A DNA stretch of 64,000 nt from Selaginella moellendorffii (GCF_000143415.4 NW_003314268.1:2744494-2808493); one strand, 5' to 3'. Numbered from the stretch's first letter, positions 35,401 through 47,105 are shown. The notes: generated by a model not told the origin, from the letters alone. Translations and numbers: made by a program.

Positions 35401-36920
35401 ATGGTCCACAGACATGGCGGCTATCAGTAATATCAGTATCAAGGATGATCTTATATTTCATAGCGTTCATTCCAGCACATTAAATGGCTTGCAGGGAAGG
35501 TGTCCCGCTTATGGTCCTACTGTCAGGTATTTTACGGCGTGTGTTCATAATCAGTTCTGACATAATGTATAGGCTTGCAAAGAGATGGATTGGTGCCCAT
35601 CTTTTCTCCGACGTCATTACAGAGGAGGCTATTGAGTTGCTGGTCGCTTACATTTTCACTCGACCACAGCCAATGTTTCCACCTTCAACGAGAATTACTG
35701 GCTTTCTGAGGTAACACTAAAATCTTCAAAAAATTTCGAGGTTGCTATGATGATACCACATGACTGATCTCGATGAAGTTTCAGTTTTCTGAATGCGGTT
35801 AACTGAGCAACCTTCTCGTTTGTGCCTAAATGAGCTATTCATTTAACTAATCTGCGGCTTTTCAGATTTCTTAGATTGCTCGCAAACTATGACTGGCACC
35901 TTTCTCCTTTAATTGTGGACATCAACGGAGATATGTCTTCGAAAGATCGGGAGACTGTAGTGGTAAGTTGCATGGAGTTAAATTTCCTAGTTTGAAGACC
36001 TCCCTTGTACCAGGCTTTTTTCGAGGCTACTAGAAGAGGTGAACACGCCGACTTCTACGAGGGTTCAAAAGAAGGACCTGCTATGTTTATTGCCACATCG
36101 TATGACATGCAGTCGGTCACTTCTACAAGGTGTTCGCCTTTAAAGCCAGTAAGTGTCTTTCTTTGTGTTTGTTTGTATTGGCCAATTTTCTTTTCTCTTG
36201 CTTTACAGGCTCTGAAAAGGCTTGTTGCGTATGCCAAAAGCTCTGCGGCACTGCTAACGAGCAATATAACTGGAATGGACAACAGATGGCAGGTTTGTTG
36301 TTGCTACTTAATTTTCGTTGACGTTAAGTTGTCTACGTTTTCTTGCTTGTAGTCATTGTTTCGAACTCCACTGAATTGTTACGATACCGTCCTTGTCTTG
36401 CAACGGAAAAGCTTACCCCACCCAGGCCGTGTGCTTTTCTCTCCTGAGTTGGGGAAGCTCCAAGGTAGGCTGACAGCAGTTTTATGATCTTCTTTCTAAG
36501 ACCGTGTTATTTACCAGCTGCGTTCGTCTGTCCGGATGTTAGAAGCCATCTCGCGTTCCGCACAAACCAGCTATTTGTCGGTTTCAATCCAGTCGTGGAG
36601 TTTGTGCAAGATATCAAGGTACAAATTGGCTTTTTGGTCTTTGCAAGAGGATGGTCTGTGGAAAAACAGGCAAAATTTGGTGACTACTATGACGTGTGGT
36701 ACGACGTTTTGGGAAGCGACGTCATCGGACTCACCTTGCAAAAACAGGAGGTACAATTGTGTGAATGTCTGTATGTCTTGATGCTTATGCCTACGACGCT
36801 GCTCAGGTGTTTGTTGGAACTAAAAGAAAACGTAACGACGAGAACTCTATCGCGGAGAACCTCGTGAGTTTAGGCAAGGGTCTTGTGGCGAGCATATACT
36901 TGAAAGTGAAGGAAAAGTAA
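32403..36920 (+). CDS. NOL6: Nucleolar protein 6 / Utp22 / Nrap, more than 20 exons
   Basis: EKDYLNHRYHAKRALYL, ATPSYNGSILED, FRSFWGKKAELRRFKDGTIAEAV, EGSGRWPND..AIKKTKAAF, RLAKRWIGAHLFS; stop TAA at 36918-36920. Confidence 0.93.
35739..35813 (+). ncRNA. Intronic box C/D snoRNA (D-box guide matches a 25S rRNA site; possibly U55-like)
   Basis: Terminal stem AGGTTGC/GCAACCT, box C ATGATGA (35747-35753), D' CTGA (35764-35767), C'-like CGATGA, box D CTGA (35803-35806); lies in an oversized 155-nt intron. Confidence 0.8.
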
Positions 36921-38848
36921 AATCACTGTAAACTGAGCAAGATTAAAAGCCTCTCGCCGATTTACTGATAAGAGGCAACTTGTTGATTAGTTCCGAGTGT
37001 TCACCTATAGAACAATGGTTTATTTAAAGCTGCGACCTTATCAGGGCTCTTTACAGTTTGTGTAGTTGAACTATCATGGTTTCCTCAGGTGATAACAAAA
37101 ATTATATCACTATTTTTTACGAAATTACATGCATACAATTGCTTAGATTTGTGTTTCAAAAGTAGACTAACCCATGAAAAAGCTAGCAAGAACTTAGAAT
37201 GCCTTTTTGTCTTTTTCTTGAGTCATGAATCTTTATAAGTGTATTTTATTTCTTGTGCCGCACTAGCTAGCAATAACATGATGATTTTAAAACAAGCTAG
37301 GTATAGTTGGACAGCTGTGCTAGACTTTACAAACTAATTATGCTGGATCATACTTGCAGATCAAAATAGATTTACACATGTGTATAAAAGTTAATATGTA
37401 AATTGACAAAGTCAGTTACCCCATTTTATCCAAGTTGAAAGTTGAACCCAAATTTAAGAAAATTTTATGCTAAAAAAAAAATCCTGAAGAAACAAAAATG
37501 CCAAAAAAATTATACTTTTATAATATAAATAGAATTTGTTACTATCATCATAAGTATACTTAAGAAAACTAAATTTTATACCCTTATAAATATTTTAAAG
37601 GATTAAGAGTATTTTTAAAGAGTGTATACCCTAAAAAAATTTGTTTTTTCATCCATGGATTAATTTAATTTTTATTTTATTATACATTACATTACATATA
37701 ATGAAAGTCATGGCAATAAATGGATTAAAATTTTTATAACTTCTATAATAATAATCTGGAAAAATAATAATAAAAATCAATTATGGGACTATTATCATAC
37801 ATAAAATAATATTTAATTCTTTTTGGAAGTTACTCTAAACGCTTTTTATATTATGTAATATTTTCCTACAAAACAAGTGTGGAGTGGTGATAATATGAGT
37901 ATATACAATCTTCAATCAATTGATTATTTAGCATATAATACTTCTGTACAAAAATATTTGGTTATATTTTAAAAAAGATAAAGTGAAGAATAAAAATTAA
38001 AGTTTTTGTCCAATACAAAAAATTATTTTAAATTTTGAACTTTTTGGGTGTGGCTTAAGAAATGGCCCAACACTATGTTACGTGAGCTCATTCTGGTCAG
38101 ATTTACCCAGTGGAATTTGTTACCTGGGCAAAAATAGTCTAATAATTTTTATTATATATAGTTAAAAATATTAAATATAAAAATTAAATATTTGGAGTCT
38201 TACTTTTTTCTTAAAGAGTTTAGTACCAAAGAATTATCACTGTGATTTTTCTTATGGATGTTTGATTGTTAAACTAATATACATAAATATAATTTGATAA
38301 ATTTAAATTTTACAAAACTACAATACTTTTAACAATTTTTTTGAGTCCAACAGAAAAAAATGTAAAAAGAAATTTTACATTTTCAATAGAAAATAAACTT
38401 GAAAAATATAAATAATTCACAATGCTCAATTCATCTTTCAAATCAAACACTTTACAAAATTGAATTAAATCATGCAATAAACTCAAATTAACAAAAAAAA
38501 GGCAAATAAATGACTGGTTTAAAGATTTGTTTATCTAAACTCAACTATTGTGGTTATGCTAAAAATCTTGTTCTGCTTGTGGTCAATGTGCTTCTATTAG
38601 TTAGTTTAGAAAAAAAAATGAAAAAAATAACAAAATAAAAGAGGTGATCTTCCTGGAATACAAATCAAGGTTATCTTCAAGGCTGAACCACATCAATGAT
38701 ATCATCAATTCCAGCTTCACACCTTTTACCCGATTCACAGATGGAATATTCAGCAACAAATTCTTACCATCCCTGTTTCCGCTTCTAATCCATTCCAGGT
38801 TTTGAAACTTTTCTTTCGAAACGAAAAGAAAAAGCTAGCAAGATAGAT

Positions 38849-38911
38849 GACCATTTCTTGTGCAGAGGCCATGCTAATCTTCTCTGTATCGTCTGGTGTC
38901 ACCAAAGAGAC
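38849..38911 (-). pseudogene. U6 snRNA pseudogene with two internal deletions
   Basis: Minus strand reads GTCTCTTTGGTGACACCAG-ACGATACAGAGAAGATTAGCATGGCCTCTGCACAAG-AAATGGTC, which contains the U6 ACAGAGA box and AGC triad region. Confidence 0.85.
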
Positions 38912-39135
38912 ATAAATACTTAGCCTTCTGATGGCTCTTCAAAGGTACGAAACTATCCTACATCATGGCATCATGGTGATCCTAGCAGTTGTTTATAGCG
39001 TCACGGCAATCAGTATCTTCAGTCTGGGTTGCAAGCAAGACAAACCAGGGGTGCACGGACTTGGTTCCCGAAAAACTGTGAGCTTAGTAAAGAATCACAT
39101 TTCTTTCTGATGAGGCTTGCATAGGAGAAGGGGGC

Positions 39136-41160
39136 ATGAGCTGGGAGAGCTTCCGGCAGGGGATCGCATCGGCCCTCAAGTCCTGTGGGAAAGACACTGC
39201 CCAAGTGAGGCAAATCCACGCCAGCATTGTCGCCCACGACGCACACCTCCTGCAGCGCGACACTTTTCTCGCCAATCACCTCATCGACGCCTACGGAAAA
39301 TGCAGCAGCAGCAGCACCGCACTGGATTGCGCAGTCGGGGTCTTCCGCGGCATTCATCACCCAAATCTCTTCTCCTGGAATGCGATCGTCGGGGCGCATG
39401 CCCAGATCGGGCATCTGGATCAAGGTTACAGTCTCGTTCTCAAGATGCCGCAGTGGCATCCAAATCCGTGTGCGATGATGATACGCGCCTTGGGATTAAG
39501 GCTCCGAGTTGCAGAAGCTAGAGAGTTGTTTGATCTAGTACCAGAGCGCGATAGATTTATATGGAACGTGATGGTCTCGGCGTATGCCCAGAGAGGAGAT
39601 ATGAACGAAGCTATGAAGCTGTTCTTGAGGATGGACGGCCGGGATGTCATCACATGGACGACCGTGATTCGTGGATTCGCTTTGCTCGGGGTGTTTCACG
39701 AAGCCGAGGCCCTGTTCGCGAGGATCCCCGCCGCCACCGCCGTGTCCTGGAACACGATGATCGTGATGAACGCCGAGAGGGGTGACGCTGTCCAGTCCAA
39801 GCGCCTGTTTGATCGAATGCCGGAGCCGACGATCGTATCGCGCACGGCGATGCTGGGCGTGTACGCGCAGGCCGGGCGGATCGACGAGGCGGAGGTGCTC
39901 TTCTCGGCCATGCCGGAGGAATCGCGCGACACCGTCTCGTGGACGACGATGCTCCAGGCGCTGGCTCTCCACGGCGAACTGGATCGCGCCAAGGAGGTGT
40001 TCGATCGCATGCCGTGCCGCGACGCGGTGGCCTGGACGACGATGCTTGCCGCCTTCTCCCAATCCGCGGGCAACTCCGACGTGAAATCCGCGGGGGCGCT
40101 CTTCCATCGAATGCCGCAGCGAGACGTGGTGGCTGGAAACGCGATGCTCGCGGCCTACGCCCACGGCGGCCTCGTAGATCAGGCGCTGGAGCTCTTCCAC
40201 AGCTCCCTCCACGCCGCGGATCGCAACCTCGTCACCTGGACGACGCTCGTCGCGGGATTCGCCCACAGCGGCCATGGCGAGCTCGCGCTGGAGCTCTTCC
40301 AGGAGATGATCCTCGACGGCAGCGCAATGCCGGACGAGATCATCTTCCTCAGCGTCCTCGGGGCGTGCGGCCACGTCGGGCTCGTCAAGATCGCGAGGAG
40401 CTTCTTCCTTGCTATGGTTGCCGATCACGGCATCTCCCCGATCCTAGAGCACTACTGCTGTATGATCGACATCATGGCAAGAACTGGCAAGCTGGGCGAT
40501 GCCGAGGAGCTCGCGAACTCGATGCCATTCCTGCCCAACGATCTCGTCTGGGCGAGCTTGATCGCGGCGTGCCGCAACCAGCAGGATCTGGAATTGGGCA
40601 CTCGAATCGCGACGCAGGCGATCGAGCAGAGCCCCGGGAACTACACGGCCTACGTTCTCCTCGCCAATCTCCACTCCAAGGCCGGGAGATTCGAAGAGAG
40701 TGCCAGGATCCGCAAGCTCATGGCCGAGAAGGGGCTGACCAAGCAGCCGGGCGCTAGCACCATCCGGATCGATGGGCGGGTTTACAGATTCGTGGCCGGG
40801 GATCTCTCGCAGCATCCACATAGAGAGGAGGTTTTGGCGGCGGTGGACAGGATCTGTCGGCTGCTGAGGGACCACGGGGGACATTCCCCGGAGATCGCGG
40901 AGGTGATGCATGACGTGGCCGAGGGGGACAAGGTGAAGATCCTGTCGCACCACAGCGAGCGGCTGGCCATGGCGCTTGGGGTGGCGAGGACGAGCCCTGG
41001 AGCGCCGCTCACCATCGTCAAGAATTTGAGGGTGTGCTCCGATTGCCACTCCACGATCAAGCTGGCATCCAAGGCATTGGGGCGGCGGATCAGCGTGAGA
41101 GATGCGAGTAGATTCCATCACTTTAGCGATGGAAAATGCTCGTGCCAAGATTATTGGTAA
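39136..41160 (+). CDS. PLS-E-DYW pentatricopeptide repeat protein (organellar C-to-U editing factor), intronless
   Basis: PPR arrays, PG box KQPGAS, HSERLA...KNLRVCSDCH zinc-binding motif, terminal CSCQDYW. Confidence 0.97.
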   Translation: MSWESFRQGIASALKSCGKDTAQVRQIHASIVAHDAHLLQRDTFLANHLIDAYGKCSSSSTALDCAVGVFRGIHHPNLFSWNAIVGAHAQIGHLDQGYSLVLKMPQWHPNPCAMMIRALGLRLRVAEARELFDLVPERDRFIWNVMVSAYAQRGDMNEAMKLFLRMDGRDVITWTTVIRGFALLGVFHEAEALFARIPAATAVSWNTMIVMNAERGDAVQSKRLFDRMPEPTIVSRTAMLGVYAQAGRIDEAEVLFSAMPEESRDTVSWTTMLQALALHGELDRAKEVFDRMPCRDAVAWTTMLAAFSQSAGNSDVKSAGALFHRMPQRDVVAGNAMLAAYAHGGLVDQALELFHSSLHAADRNLVTWTTLVAGFAHSGHGELALELFQEMILDGSAMPDEIIFLSVLGACGHVGLVKIARSFFLAMVADHGISPILEHYCCMIDIMARTGKLGDAEELANSMPFLPNDLVWASLIAACRNQQDLELGTRIATQAIEQSPGNYTAYVLLANLHSKAGRFEESARIRKLMAEKGLTKQPGASTIRIDGRVYRFVAGDLSQHPHREEVLAAVDRICRLLRDHGGHSPEIAEVMHDVAEGDKVKILSHHSERLAMALGVARTSPGAPLTIVKNLRVCSDCHSTIKLASKALGRRISVRDASRFHHFSDGKCSCQDYW

Positions 41161-41244
41161 TTCTTCGAGTCCGCTGTCGGTTTTTAAGTGTTTTAAGTGT
41201 AGAGATTCGCATGAATTGGTGGAACTTGGTAAGGTTCCAATGTG

Positions 41245-41325
41245 GTTGACATGGCCGAGTTGGTCTAAGGCGCCAGATTAAGGTTCTGGTCCGCAAGGGC
41301 GTGGGTTCGAATCCCACTGTCAACA
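41245..41325 (+). tRNA. tRNA-Leu (anticodon AAG)
   Basis: GTTGACA/TGTCAAC acceptor stem, CCAGA-TTAAGGT-TCTGG anticodon arm, variable arm, GTTCGAATC T-loop, upstream CAA, downstream T-run. Confidence 0.96.
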
Positions 41326-41407
41326 GATCTTTTTCTTTTTTTTGACCTCAGGAGCCCTAATTTCTTAAGAGACACATTTCGTGAGTTAGGGTGTGAGATT
41401 GCTGGAG

Positions 41408-42548
41408 ATGATCGAGAACCAGGAGAGCATTTACAAGCTCATCCCACCTATCGTGCCAGTGCGCCAGAGGCCACCCATCCCTAAAGCAAACGTAAGCCTT
41501 TCTCTCATTCAATCCTGGCCTTGATTTGTCTTGCCTCCTCTCTCAGTATGACGAGGATACGGATAATTTCTTGACGCACCGCGATGAGATTAGACCAGCG
41601 GCAACTTTCGGTCGACCGCTGGGATCTCGCAAGCCTCACACGGAGAGGTTTCTCAAGAAGCATTCCAGCCAACACTATAAGAAAAGTGAGCCTTTTTTCT
41701 GTTCTTTTCTTAAAAATAAAATTTCTTCTTTTTTCAGAACCCAAAGTAGCCTGCTGCTACAAGTCGAAGGAAAGGCCGCCCATTCCACATGAAAAACCGG
41801 TTTGATTCCATGTCTCACCATAACTCGTAAGGCAACTTTTCTGTGTGATTTGTTTGTTTTTCGATCCAAGATCATATTCTTCACGCTTTGCAGAAAATGG
41901 GATTGAACAGTGGGAAGAATTACGTGCATGACAACGCTGTGGAGATGATTCATTCTAGTAAGTTCGCCAACTAGCAGCAAGTTTTACAAGTCCATGCTTC
42001 TAGCACCCAAGAAACTGCCCAAACCGGTGAAGTTCTACGTTGACAAGTCGGACTATGGCAAAGTTCCGGAGTATCTCGTCAAGTTCAATAACGCGAGTGC
42101 GGAACTGCGCGAGAAAATGCAAGCTGCTATCCGGCTGGAGCAACTTGGTGGCCTGCATCCAAACTCCCGCAAGTAAGTTCCATCGTCCCAGATGTTTCAA
42201 GCGTCGGTTTGATCGAGCTATCTCGGCGCTTTCAGGCTGGACGAGGCGGAGAAGCGCGAGCTGATCATACTGCTCAAAGAGAAGTGGCAACAGGTGAACG
42301 AGGAATACCAGAAGTTACCGTTCTCGCTGGACACTCCGGCCAAGAAGAAACGCAAGGAGAGGTGCCTATCATCACCACCCAGCTATGATCCTAGTTTACT
42401 TGACCATTTACTATGGATCTGTTGGATCAGGTACGAGGAGCATTTGGGCCAGATTGAGAAGGATATACAGACCTTGTCACGGAGGGTGGTGATCGTTGTT
42501 GACAAGGGGAAATCCCAATCCTCGGGAAGCTCTGGCAGGCGGCGCTAA
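41408..42548 (+). CDS. ENKUR: Enkurin-like flagellar/axonemal protein, multi-exon
   Basis: ESIYKLIP; MGLNSGKNYVHDNAV; DYGKVPEYL; LKEKWQQVNEEYQKLPFSLDTPAKKKRKERYEEHLGQIEKDIQTL. Confidence 0.85.
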
Positions 42549-42751
42549 ACAAGCTGTCTGATACGAAGATGGCAAACACCTCGCCATGATCGTGAAACTC
42601 GTTAAATAACCATAAGATATATACATAAGAATCATATGGTATACAAACGAAAGACGTACCTATAAATCATTGTGAACGAGCCAAAATTTTCGATCGCGCT
42701 GCAAGGAACGAACGAGCGTCAGAACCGTCAAGGAGATCGTGCATACCTGCA

Positions 42752-44817
42752 TCACTGTGCTATGAGGAGCTGCGAAGGAAGCTTTGGAGCAGCGGCGAAG
42801 AGAGAAGCCATGAGCGCTGCGAGACCCGCAGAGTTGTAACTCGTGGCCTCGTTTTGCATGGAGTTGTCCCTGTCGTCCACGAAGCTATCGTTCTGGAAAG
42901 GCCCACCGACGAGCGCTCCCTCGGCAATGTTTGGATTCGGAGTTGAGGTGTGCAAGTATTGGAAACCTTCCTTGCACTCCACCTCGCTCAAGGTCGAAGG
43001 TATGGACGCTGCCCTGTGGTGTAGTCTCAGCGGGTATTTCTTGCCATATCCAACAACGTAGCTCATTCCCATTGGATTCTTGCCGAGAATATAGTCGGCC
43101 TGTAGATAAACCACGTCGGCAAACTCAATAGAATGTATTGATTTACCTGGAAGCCGGCGAGCTCGCGAAGATGTTCCACCTGGAAGATCTTCCCCGAGCA
43201 GCTCAAGGTTGTGATTCCAGCGCTGGAGAGGTAATCGGCGTAGAGGCAGGACAGAAATGCCGAGTTAACAGCGTGCTGAATCGAGTTCCACTGGCTCACC
43301 CAGATCATTCCCGCTGGAATTCATCCACAACAAGACAACGGTGAACAAGAGAACTAAAAAGAACTCTCTGATAGCGATGCTGAGGTAGAGTGTCGTACCT
43401 CTTGTTCGGTTGGTACTCGTTGTTGGTGAATCCGGAAGCAGCGCACAGACGAGCTCGTCAGCAGTGGATTTGTACTTATCTAGCGCCGCGCCAACTTTGG
43501 TGTTTGCTTCTTGCGGCTGGAAGATATGCTTCCTTGCCAACAACACCTGCGAAAAGAAAACGATACTTAGAAGAACTTGGACGTGCTAGAAGAAGAAAAC
43601 AATTCCTTTGGTCTTCACTTACTTGCAAGCCAGCCACCTTGTCGTCCCAGCTAAACCACGCAGGAGCTTTCCCCCATCCAGCATTGGGAGAAGCTTCTTT
43701 CCCCGTAGTAGCGTACTCCAGAAACTCTTCCTCTCCAGTGGCGTGATACAGCCACGCCGCCGCCCAGAGAAGCTCGTCCCCATAGCCGGTGGAGTTGTAG
43801 AACTGCTGATCCTTGACGAAGCTCCGGGTGTAAGATCCCCGGAAGCCATCCGCGAAGGAGAAGAGATCCTTGGCGTGGCCCAGCAGCTCGTCTGCGTAGG
43901 AAGAGTTGTCACTCCGGAAGACGAGCGAGGAGGCGGCCATGGCGGCCGAGGTCTCAGCCGCCACATCGCTGCCGGGCTTGGAGGTGTTGACGCTCAGGCA
44001 CGGCCGCGGCGTGTCCATGGTCTCGGGCTTCTCCCAGCAGACGTGATCGCTCGAGGGGCTGCCCACCTGGAAGAAGAGCTCGTTCTTGGAGGGATGCGCG
44101 GCGACGAAGTAGTCCGTGAGCCACTGGAGGGATTCCAGCGCGGATTGGAGCTGGCCCGAGGCGTTGTAGCCGGATCGATACTCGAGGATGCTCCATGCCA
44201 GGATCGTGGCGGTGAAGGCCATGGGGAATCCAAACTTGACGTTGTCTCCGGCATCGAACATCCCCTTGCTGAGATCCAGGCCCACGTCCTTGCCGTCGAG
44301 CAGCGCCGAATCGCCGCGCCATGGAATGGGATTGTCCTTGGGGAGCTTCCCGGCTGCGAAATATCGAGCATTGATGAGCGGCTAGATCTTGGGAGCCTAG
44401 ATCTTGGACATATTGGAGCAAGATCCAGGGGAGATCTAGATGGAGAGGGAAGAGAGCCTAGATCTTTCGAAATATCGGAGCAAGATCGATCGATCTTGGA
44501 GATTCTAGTGAAAAATCGAGAGAATCGAGAAGGAAAGAGGGATCGCGCTACTCACATTTCTGCGCATCCAAGAATCGCATGGCGAGCTCCAAGGGTTTGG
44601 AGAAGCGCTCCACGGATCCGAGCGGCTGCAACGCCGGATAGGACGGAGCGGCATTGCCGCCGCCATTGCGCCCGCCCGCCTTGCGATGCTGCGCAACAAA
44701 GATCCCTACGATGGAGCCAATGGCGATTGCCGCGACGACGATCGCCACCAGCCACCAGATCCAGCCGCCTCTAGTCTCCCGCCCTGCCTTGCGCGACCAT
44801 TCGTCCTCCTCCGCCAT
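42752..44817 (-). CDS. GH9 endo-1,4-beta-glucanase with N-terminal TM anchor, multi-exon
   Basis: DLSKGMFDAGDNVKFGFPMAFT, GSDVAAETSAAMAASS, DELLWAAAWLY, DYILGKNPMGMSYVVGYG..YP.RLHHR, FVDDRDNSMQNEATSYN. Confidence 0.96.
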
Positions 44818-45938
44818 GGATCCAAAGAGCTTAGAACTGGAGGAATGGATCGAGATGGATGGGATGGAGGGAATATGTATAGAAGTCTCGTTAGCTAGCT
44901 AGTCATCGTTGTGCTCCTTACAATGCCGCCATTCTACCTACACTCTCACTCCTATCTGGAAAGAACCTCCCAACCAAAGCTATGTTGACGCGGTCATAGA
45001 TTCGTTGACCCATTTTGACCATCTAACGACACTAAAAGTTATTTAATTATTCCCACTACCATTTCATGATTTAGATTGCTCGATTTCGTGCGTTAGATCA
45101 CTCCAGATGGGCCGTAGCATCGCCAGTGGAGGCCTGAAATGCTTGGATCAAAGCAACCAAGAACCAAGATCACTCGCTGCCTAGATCAAACGAGTGGAAA
45201 AATCTACCTCGAAGACGAGCGTGAGCGCGGGCTCCTGGTGGAGTACCAATGCCAGGTAGAAGTAGCACGAAAATGGCGTCACTGCCTCGTTGATCACCGC
45301 GGCCAAGAGCTTTTGCGTTGGTATGAAGCTATAGCGAGTCTTCCCACTGTGGCGGTCTTAAGAACAAAGAGAAGGGGGAGGAGAAATCTTTGTGGCAAAC
45401 CTTGTGTATTTCGTTTGGAGCTGGATTCCCAGCGTCGGCATGAGCACCACAGCCTCTGGAATTCACGCGAGGAAACATTCAATCCAAACGAGCAATTCCA
45501 ATTCATACCTTCCGTGACGAGAAACCGGCGCCGGAGGATCAATCCTGTGGAAGAAGTAGCAAGGAGCAGCGCAAGGCTATGCAATTCCTGGAATGAAGAG
45601 AAGAAGCCTAGCATTCTCAAAATTTCTCCCTGGAATACCGACCACCAAGTGAAATGCCGCAGAGATCACGAGCAGCAGCCATGGAAGAAGCCGCGCCGCC
45701 TCGCTCGCAAATCCCTTGCATTGCCTCCGGGAGATCCTATGCACCGATACGAGCTCCGACTGCTGCAATTCGTAGCAGTAGCGCATCGGATCGAGCAAAA
45801 CAAGTTAGGGCTCTTGTCTTCCGGGAATTTAGGGCTTAACAGAAGATTAGGGTTTTTATTTCTCTTCGTCTCCCGCGGCACGATGGAGGAGAGATCGAGC
45901 GGATCGAGGCGCTAGCCGCGAAATTTCAGGTAAAGAAG

Positions 45939-47105
45939 ATGCAAGAGCATCAGCAGCAGCAGGAATCTCAGTCATGGTGGAGCGAGATCACTCAAGCTCG
46001 AGCTCGGATCGACGCATTGTCGGCCATTCTCGGCGGATTTCCTTCGCTGGAGCCGCTGCGGGCCTCGGAGACCCCGGCGCGGGATCTTCTTGGCGACTCG
46101 GCCGTGGCGGACGTGGTGATCTCCAAGCTATCTTCGCCGGGGGCAGGGAAAGGGGACGATGAGCTCTGCCAGTGGATGTACGAGACATACCACTCGGGCG
46201 ATCCGGAGCTCCAGAGCGTGGTGGTGCGCTTCGTGCCGGCGATTTGCAACGCGTACCTCCCCCGCGCGGCCAGCAAGCCCGGACAGTCACTCTCAGGATT
46301 CGAGGCCGTGCTCCTCGCGCTCTACTCGTCCGAGCACAAGATCCGCCAGGGGAAGGGAATTCTCGTGACGATTCCCAATCTCTCGCAGCCCAGTCTCTAT
46401 CACACGCCAAGAGTTCCTTCCAGCTCGGCCACCGAGATCAAGGCCGGGTACTATTCCCCGTCCTTGCAGCCACAAGAGGCCGTCAAGACGACCAAGAGGG
46501 CTGCGATCGTCGGGGTGGCGCTGGACCTCTTCCACCGGAAGATCGCAGCGATGCCGGACAGATCCAAGCTCGAGCTTTGCTGCGCGATCCGGGAGTGGGC
46601 GATGCGGGGCTGCTCCTGGGCCGAGAGAGTGGACGAGGTGGCCAAGCTCGCGCTGCTCCAGGCCATCGCTCCCGGGCCGGACGTGACTCTCACGGGGCAC
46701 GTCACCACAGTGGGTCCTTCGTCGTCGACCAGCATCTTCGTCTCACGCCAGAGCTTCGACGACGACGAGGACGAGGATGGCGATCACAAAGAGCGAACTT
46801 TGAGAATACCGCTGCCGTGGGAGCTCTTCCAGCCGATTCTAAAGATCCTGGGACACTGCCTGTTGGGCCCGAGCTCGTCCCCGGAGACGAGAGACTCCGC
46901 CGGCGCCGCCGCCCGAGCTCTCTACGCGCGGGCCACGCACGAGATCATACCCGAGGCGATTCTTCCAACTCGGGGCTTGCTACGGCTGGACGAGGCTGCA
47001 AGAGCCGCGTCGCTGGCTGCTGCCACTGCGGTTGCCTCGGCGTCTACGAATTCGACGCCTTCCAAGCCGAAGAAGCCCGAGGTTCTTCTCACACCCGGGA
47101 AATAG
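45939..47105 (+). CDS. Hyccin/FAM126 family protein (PI4K-alpha complex subunit), intronless
   Basis: SWWSEI..ARARI; GDDELCQWMYETY; SGFEAVLLALY; IPNLSQPSLYHTP; RIPLPWELFQPILKILGHCLLGP. Confidence 0.82.
   Translation: MQEHQQQQESQSWWSEITQARARIDALSAILGGFPSLEPLRASETPARDLLGDSAVADVVISKLSSPGAGKGDDELCQWMYETYHSGDPELQSVVVRFVPAICNAYLPRAASKPGQSLSGFEAVLLALYSSEHKIRQGKGILVTIPNLSQPSLYHTPRVPSSSATEIKAGYYSPSLQPQEAVKTTKRAAIVGVALDLFHRKIAAMPDRSKLELCCAIREWAMRGCSWAERVDEVAKLALLQAIAPGPDVTLTGHVTTVGPSSSTSIFVSRQSFDDDEDEDGDHKERTLRIPLPWELFQPILKILGHCLLGPSSSPETRDSAGAAARALYARATHEIIPEAILPTRGLLRLDEAARAASLAAATAVASASTNSTPSKPKKPEVLLTPGK

Noticed and set aside
37000-38640. AT-rich block as a Helitron or other transposon
   Set aside because: I could not identify TIRs, a TSD, a 3' hairpin-CTAG end or coding remnants.
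39535-41148. Long overlapping ORFs (297, 272 and 234 aa) across the PPR-DYW gene
   Set aside because: A by-product of high GC3 codon usage.
45139-45915. 258-aa ORF upstream of hyccin and a 10-codon uORF at 45883-45915
   Set aside because: No recognisable domain, and the uORF is too short to assess without TSS data.
17717-47105. FAB1 and hyccin as a phosphoinositide gene cluster; GT47, VTC1, GH9 and GH27 as a cell-wall cluster
   Set aside because: They are interspersed with unrelated housekeeping genes. Co-location is expected by chance in a gene-dense genome, and there is no co-regulation evidence.
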